From NCBI GenBank assembly GCA_963705215.1, contig CAVPJI010000002.1:49818-113817 (forward strand): DNA of 64,000 nt, given 5' to 3'. The DNA is from an uncultured Chloroflexia bacterium (GTDB lineage: Bacteria > Chloroflexota > Limnocylindria > Limnocylindrales > CSP1-4). Positions 59,620-64,000 of the stretch are shown piece by piece. Within the stretch, counting starts at the first letter, position 1. Each line of letters opens with the position of its first letter. Both the position numbers and the translations under genes were made by a program. Below the pieces are notes generated by a model that made no database searches, was not told the origin of the DNA, and worked only from the letters and a program-made list of their open reading frames with translations.

Positions 59620-60963
59620 TCACCCGTTGGCCAGGATCGAGACCGCCATGGCGGTCGCGAAGATGTTGAGGAGGGCGGCCGGCAGGAGCCACTTCCAGGC
59701 GAAGCCCATGAGCTGGTCCACCCGGACCCGCGGGAACGTTGCCCGCATCTGGACGAAGACGATGACGAAGAGGTAGCTCTTGGCCATCATCCAGAAGAGC
59801 CCGGCGACCCAGTCGAGGCTGATGAACGCCCAGCCCAGGAGGGCGCCGACCGCCAGGACGTTGAAGAGGATGAAGCCGATAGCGAGCGCCTGGAGGGTCG
59901 AGACGCGCGAGGAGCCGAGCCAGAAGGGCAGGGCAAGAAGGAGGGTTCCCAGCAACGGGACCAGTGCCACGTAGAAGAGGAGGCCCAGCCCCAGGCTCCC
60001 CGGGTCGAGGTTCAGCTCGATCGCGAAGGGCCAGTCGAACGGAGCGTTCCAGCCGCCGAAGAAGAGGACGGCGATCATCGCCGACATCACGAACACGTTG
60101 ACGTACTCGGCGAAGAAGAAGAAGCCGAAGCGCATCCCGGAGTACTCGGTGGCGAAGCCGGCCACGATCTCCTGGTCGGCCTCGGTCATGTCGAGCGGGG
60201 TCCGGTTCGTCTCGGCGATGCCGGCGATGAAGAAGATGAGCAGGCCCAGCGGCTGCTTGAAGACGTTCCAATCCAGGACCGAGCCGGCCTGCTGCTCCAC
60301 GATGGAATTCAGGCTCAGCGTGCCGGCCAGGATGATGATGCCCACCACCGAGAGGGTGAGCGGGATCTCGTAGCTGATCGCCTGGGCCGCCGCGCGCAGC
60401 GCCCCGAGGAGGCTGTACTTGTTGAAGCTGGCCCAGCCGGCCATCATCAGGCCGACGACGTTCAGGCCGCCGATCGCGAAGAAGTAGAGCAGGGCGATAT
60501 TGAAGTCCTGCGCCACGAGGCCGGGCGCGAACGGGATCACGAGGAAGCTCATGATCGTCGCGAGGAAGACGGCGACCGGGGCGACCGTGAAGATCGGGAC
60601 GTCCACGCCGCGCGGGGTGTAGTCCTCCTTCGCGAGCACCTTCAGGCCGTGGACCACGCTCATCGCGAGCCCGAAGGGCCCCACCCGGTCCGGCCCCACC
60701 CGGAGGTTCATCCGCGCGATCACCTTGAGCTCGAGCAGGATGATCAGGAAGGCCGTGGGGATCGTCATCACGATCACGACCGTCGCGGCGACGATGAAGC
60801 GCACCAGGTCCGGGTTCGCGGCCAGGAAGTCGAGGAGCGGGGGCACGAGCAGGGCGATGGCGACCGTGGCCACGCCTCCCAGCACGAGGAGCGTCGGCAG
60901 GCCGACCAGGACGACTCGCGACGGGATAGAGAGCCGGTTCCAGTAGGACGTCACGGCGGTCAT
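59620..60963 (-). CDS. nuoH: NADH-quinone oxidoreductase subunit H (with extra hydrophobic insertion)
   Basis: RVGPDRVGPFG, LAKED, KYSLLGALRAAAQAISYE, AETNRTPLDMTEADQEIVAGFATEYSG, ATFPRVRVDQLM. Confidence 0.95.
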   Translation of the reverse strand: MTAVTSYWNRLSIPSRVVLVGLPTLLVLGGVATVAIALLVPPLLDFLAANPDLVRFIVAATVVIVMTIPTAFLIILLELKVIARMNLRVGPDRVGPFGLAMSVVHGLKVLAKEDYTPRGVDVPIFTVAPVAVFLATIMSFLVIPFAPGLVAQDFNIALLYFFAIGGLNVVGLMMAGWASFNKYSLLGALRAAAQAISYEIPLTLSVVGIIILAGTLSLNSIVEQQAGSVLDWNVFKQPLGLLIFFIAGIAETNRTPLDMTEADQEIVAGFATEYSGMRFGFFFFAEYVNVFVMSAMIAVLFFGGWNAPFDWPFAIELNLDPGSLGLGLLFYVALVPLLGTLLLALPFWLGSSRVSTLQALAIGFILFNVLAVGALLGWAFISLDWVAGLFWMMAKSYLFVIVFVQMRATFPRVRVDQLMGFAWKWLLPAALLNIFATAMAVSILANG

Positions 60964-60976
60964 CGGCGGACGGCCT

Positions 60977-62191
60977 TCACTTGTCCACCCCGCCCATGAC
61001 CGGGTCGAGCGAGGCCATGATCGCCATCGTGTCCGGGATGAGGTTGCCCGGCATGAGCAGGCTCATCAGCTGGAGGTGGAGGAAGCTGGGGTCGTGGATC
61101 CGCATCCGGAAGGGCTGGTCCGTGCCGTCGCTGATCACGTAGGTGGAGTACTGTCCGCGCGGCGCCTCCACCGCGGCAAAGGCGCGGCCGGGACGCGGCC
61201 GCAAGAGCCGCGGCAGCCGCGCCGAGACGGGCCCGTCGGGCATCTGGTGGAGGCACTGGTCGATGATCCGCAGGCTCTGGCGCACCTCGTCCATCCGGAG
61301 CAGGTAGCGGGCCAGCGAATCGCCCTCGCTCCGCGTCGGGATGTCGAAGTCGAGCTCCGGGTAGACGCTGTACGGGTGGGCCCGGCGGAGGTCGAAGGGG
61401 ACGCCCGACGCCCGCAGGTTCGGGCCGCTCACGCACATCCGGAGGGCCGTCTCGCGATCGATCACGCCCATGCCCCGGGCGCGCCGGACGAAGATCTCGT
61501 TCTCGTTGAGGAGGCCCATGCCGGCCTCGACCTGCCCGCCGGCGCGGCTCATCCAGTCGCCCAGGCGGCTCATGAACTCGTGGTTCAGGTCGCCGTTGAC
61601 GCCGCCGATCCGGAAGTAGTTGAAAAGGAGCTTCTGGCCGGTCAGGGCGGCCAGCATCTCCATGATCTCGTCGCGCTCGGCAAAGCTCCACAGGATCGGG
61701 GTGATCCCGCCAAGGTCCAGGGCGAACCAGCCCATGTAGAGCATGTGGCTCGCCACCCGGTTGAGCTCGGCGGAGAGGACCCGGATGTACTCGGCGCGCC
61801 GCGGCACCTCGAGGTCCAGGAGCTTCTCGAAGGAGAGGACCGCCCCCCACTCGTTGAAGAGCGAGCTGATGTACTCGAGGGGGTCCACCTGGCTGATGAC
61901 CTGGTGGTAGTCGGCGTTCTCGCAGAGCTTCTCGACGCCGCGATGGAGATAGCCCAGCACGGGGTCCAGGTCGGTGACCTGCTCGCCGTTGATCTTGAGG
62001 ATCACCCGCAGCACGCCGTGGGTGGACGGATGCTGCGGCCCCATGTTGAGGAGCATCTCGCCGTCCTTGAGGGCGAGGAACTCCCGCTGGCGCTCGGTCC
62101 GGGCGAGCGGGATCGGGTCGAAGATGCCGGCGTGGTCGACCGGGATCGTGAGCGCCGGGTCGTCGAGGCTGGGCCGCGTCGGGGTCGTCAT
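60977..62191 (-). CDS. nuoD: NADH-quinone oxidoreductase subunit D
   Basis: NMGPQHPSTHGVLR, GYLHRGVEK, YFRIGGV, VEAPRG, RMRIHDPSF. Confidence 0.96.
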   Translation of the reverse strand: MTTPTRPSLDDPALTIPVDHAGIFDPIPLARTERQREFLALKDGEMLLNMGPQHPSTHGVLRVILKINGEQVTDLDPVLGYLHRGVEKLCENADYHQVISQVDPLEYISSLFNEWGAVLSFEKLLDLEVPRRAEYIRVLSAELNRVASHMLYMGWFALDLGGITPILWSFAERDEIMEMLAALTGQKLLFNYFRIGGVNGDLNHEFMSRLGDWMSRAGGQVEAGMGLLNENEIFVRRARGMGVIDRETALRMCVSGPNLRASGVPFDLRRAHPYSVYPELDFDIPTRSEGDSLARYLLRMDEVRQSLRIIDQCLHQMPDGPVSARLPRLLRPRPGRAFAAVEAPRGQYSTYVISDGTDQPFRMRIHDPSFLHLQLMSLLMPGNLIPDTMAIMASLDPVMGGVDK

Positions 62192-62201
62192 GTCCTCTCG
62201 C

Positions 62202-62753
62202 CTACGCCCCGGGCGTCGTGCGGCGCAGGGTGGTCTCGTCGGCGTCCTTCGGAGCGACCGCCCGCTCCATCGGCCGGATGCCGCCGCCCGGCGAGCGCGC
62301 GGCGTCGTCGGCGAGGTGGAAGTCCTTGCGCAGCGGGAAGCTCACGAAGTCGTCCGGCAGGTAGATGCGCCGGAGGTCGCGGTTCCCCTCGAAGACGAGG
62401 CCGAACATGTCGTAGGCCTCGCGCTCCATCCACTCGGCTCCCTTCCACAGGAAGGTGAGCGAGGGAACGCGCGGCTCCTCGCGGGGGATCTCGTCCACGA
62501 CGACCCGCAGCCAGTCGGGGGTCACGTCGCTCCACAGGTGGTAGACCACCTGGAACGTCGTCCCGGTGTCAACGCCGCACAGGTCGGCGAGATATTCGAA
62601 GCGCAGGTCCGGCTCGTCGTGCAGGGTCCGCATGACCTGGGGCAGGTCGCCCGGCCGGATCCGGATCTCGGTCTGGTCCTGGCGCTGGCGGACGGGGCCC
62701 TCCATCGAGGATCCCAGCTTCCGCTCCAGGAGCGCCTTGAGCGCACGGTCCAC
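62202..62753 (-). CDS. nuoC: NADH-quinone oxidoreductase subunit C
   Basis: FEYLADLCGVD, AEWMEREAYDMFG, DLRRI, FPLRKDF. Confidence 0.94.
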   Translation of the reverse strand: MDRALKALLERKLGSSMEGPVRQRQDQTEIRIRPGDLPQVMRTLHDEPDLRFEYLADLCGVDTGTTFQVVYHLWSDVTPDWLRVVVDEIPREEPRVPSLTFLWKGAEWMEREAYDMFGLVFEGNRDLRRIYLPDDFVSFPLRKDFHLADDAARSPGGGIRPMERAVAPKDADETTLRRTTPGA

Positions 62754-62755
62754 GG

Positions 62756-63508
62756 TCAGATCCCCTCCGGAACCGTGGGGCCGATGTTGCGCTCGGGCCA
62801 GTGTCCGCGGCGGTCGCGGACGAGGTGCTGGAGCTTCATCATCCCGTAGATGAGGCCCTCGGGGCGGGGCGGGCAGCCGGGGATGTAGACGTCCACGGGG
62901 AGGACCCGATCGATCCCCTGGATCGTGCTGTAGCTCCGCTTGTAACGGCCCCCGGAGCAGGTGCAGTCGCCCATCGCGACCACCCACTTCGGCTCCGGCA
63001 TCTCCTCCCAGAGCCGGATGAGCGGCTCGGCCATCTTCGTCGTCAGGGTGCCGGCCACGATCAGCACGTCGGCCTGGCGGGGCGAGGCCCGGAACGGGAA
63101 CATGCCCCAGCGATCGATGTCGTTGCGGCTCGTCGCGGTCGACATCATCTCGATCGCACAGCAGGCCAGCCCGGAGAGGAGCGGCCAGAGACTGTTGAGA
63201 CGGATCAGATCCAGGACGTAGTCGGCCTTCGTGGGGACCACGTCGAGGGCGCCCCAGCGGCCGTCATTCCTGCGCCCCTCGCCGGTCTCGTCGTAGCGCT
63301 TGAGGGCGAGCGTCGGCGCCTCGTCGAGAGGAACGCCGTCGTAGGCCTCGCTGTCGGCCGGCGTCCAGAGCATGTTCGGGACGACGACCGGCTCGGCGAC
63401 CGCGTCGGCCGCAGTCGTGGCCGGGATGGGAAGGCGGCTGCCGGGCGTGCCGGGCGGCGGGCCGCCGGCGGGCGGGGTGCTGTCGGCTGGCGGCGGGGTC
63501 AGCGCCAC
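62756..63508 (-). CDS. nuoB: NADH-quinone oxidoreductase subunit B (Pro-rich N-terminal extension)
   Basis: [38 protein letters not shown]. Confidence 0.95.
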   Translation of the reverse strand: MALTPPPADSTPPAGGPPPGTPGSRLPIPATTAADAVAEPVVVPNMLWTPADSEAYDGVPLDEAPTLALKRYDETGEGRRNDGRWGALDVVPTKADYVLDLIRLNSLWPLLSGLACCAIEMMSTATSRNDIDRWGMFPFRASPRQADVLIVAGTLTTKMAEPLIRLWEEMPEPKWVVAMGDCTCSGGRYKRSYSTIQGIDRVLPVDVYIPGCPPRPEGLIYGMMKLQHLVRDRRGHWPERNIGPTVPEGI

Positions 63509-63855
63509 GTCAGCACTCCCTTGCGCCACGCGTAGGCCAGCCCCAGGAGCAGGATGCCGACGAAGATCATCATCGAGGCCATCAGGCCCGGGATCGGGTC
63601 GCGCACGACGAGCGCCCACAGGAAGATGAAGACGACCTCGATGTCGAAGGCGACGAAGAGCAGCGCGTAGATGTAGTACGAAACGCCGAACCGCCCATGG
63701 GTGTCGCCGTAGGTCGGAATGCCGCTCTCGTACGGGAGCCCCTTGAGCGGGCTCCCCTTCGTGCGGTGGCTGATCAGCCACGAAGCGCCGATCGTCAGGA
63801 AGACGAACGTGACGCCCGCGAAGGCGAAGCCGACGACGTACCAGATGCCTTCCAT
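63499..63855 (-). CDS. nuoA: NADH-quinone oxidoreductase subunit A
   Basis: [34 protein letters not shown]; SD GAGGTG. Confidence 0.95.
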   Translation of the reverse strand: MEGIWYVVGFAFAGVTFVFLTIGASWLISHRTKGSPLKGLPYESGIPTYGDTHGRFGVSYYIYALLFVAFDIEVVFIFLWALVVRDPIPGLMASMMIFVGILLLGLAYAWRKGVLTWR

Positions 63856-64000
63856 CGCACCTCTCTGCGACCGGCGGGTTCACGAATCCGTGGCGGGTCC
63901 GCCGGTCCGGCGGGAAGCTCGGGTGAGACGCGCGCACGAACGCGCCCCGGGGGCCCGGACGTGCGTCGGCATGGTAGCAGGGGCGGCCCGAAGGTTGCGC

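Overview
Very GC-rich bacterial chromosome segment around the replication origin. Gene style (PI/PIM genes, YidC with a lipobox, sortase-fold protein, Bacillota-like secA-prfB-ftsEX-ctp order) suggests a monoderm, probably Chloroflexota; this is inference only. Left to right: gyrA (3' part), prs, secA, a small Cys-rich ORF, prfB (+1 frameshift), GNAT, ftsEX, S41 protease, a structured sORF/sRNA unit, smpB, tmRNA, GH26 lipoprotein, VanW, the khpB-yidC-yidD-rnpA-rpmH operon, dnaA-oriC-dnaN-recF-DUF721, a PP2C-like pseudo-phosphatase and a BFN nuclease. Next is a ~15.5 kb glycolipid/mannosylation locus (GT2, three GT-C genes including a ~1715-aa double GT-C, pimA, PHP, two PatA-like acyltransferases, ino1, pgsA, ArsR). 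Then CYTH, MFS, CorA, a Cys-to-Ser sortase-fold protein, TlpA and a complete complex I operon. The most unusual feature is in complex I: nuoI appears split in two, with a NuoE/NuoF/NuoG-GltD electron-input module between the halves. The NuoI N-half is fused to a degenerate NuoE, and the C-half is fused to a NuoG-like protein carrying a probably NADPH-type GltD flavin domain. No tRNA, rRNA, CRISPR array or mobile element was recognised. All calls are by eye; no database searches were run.
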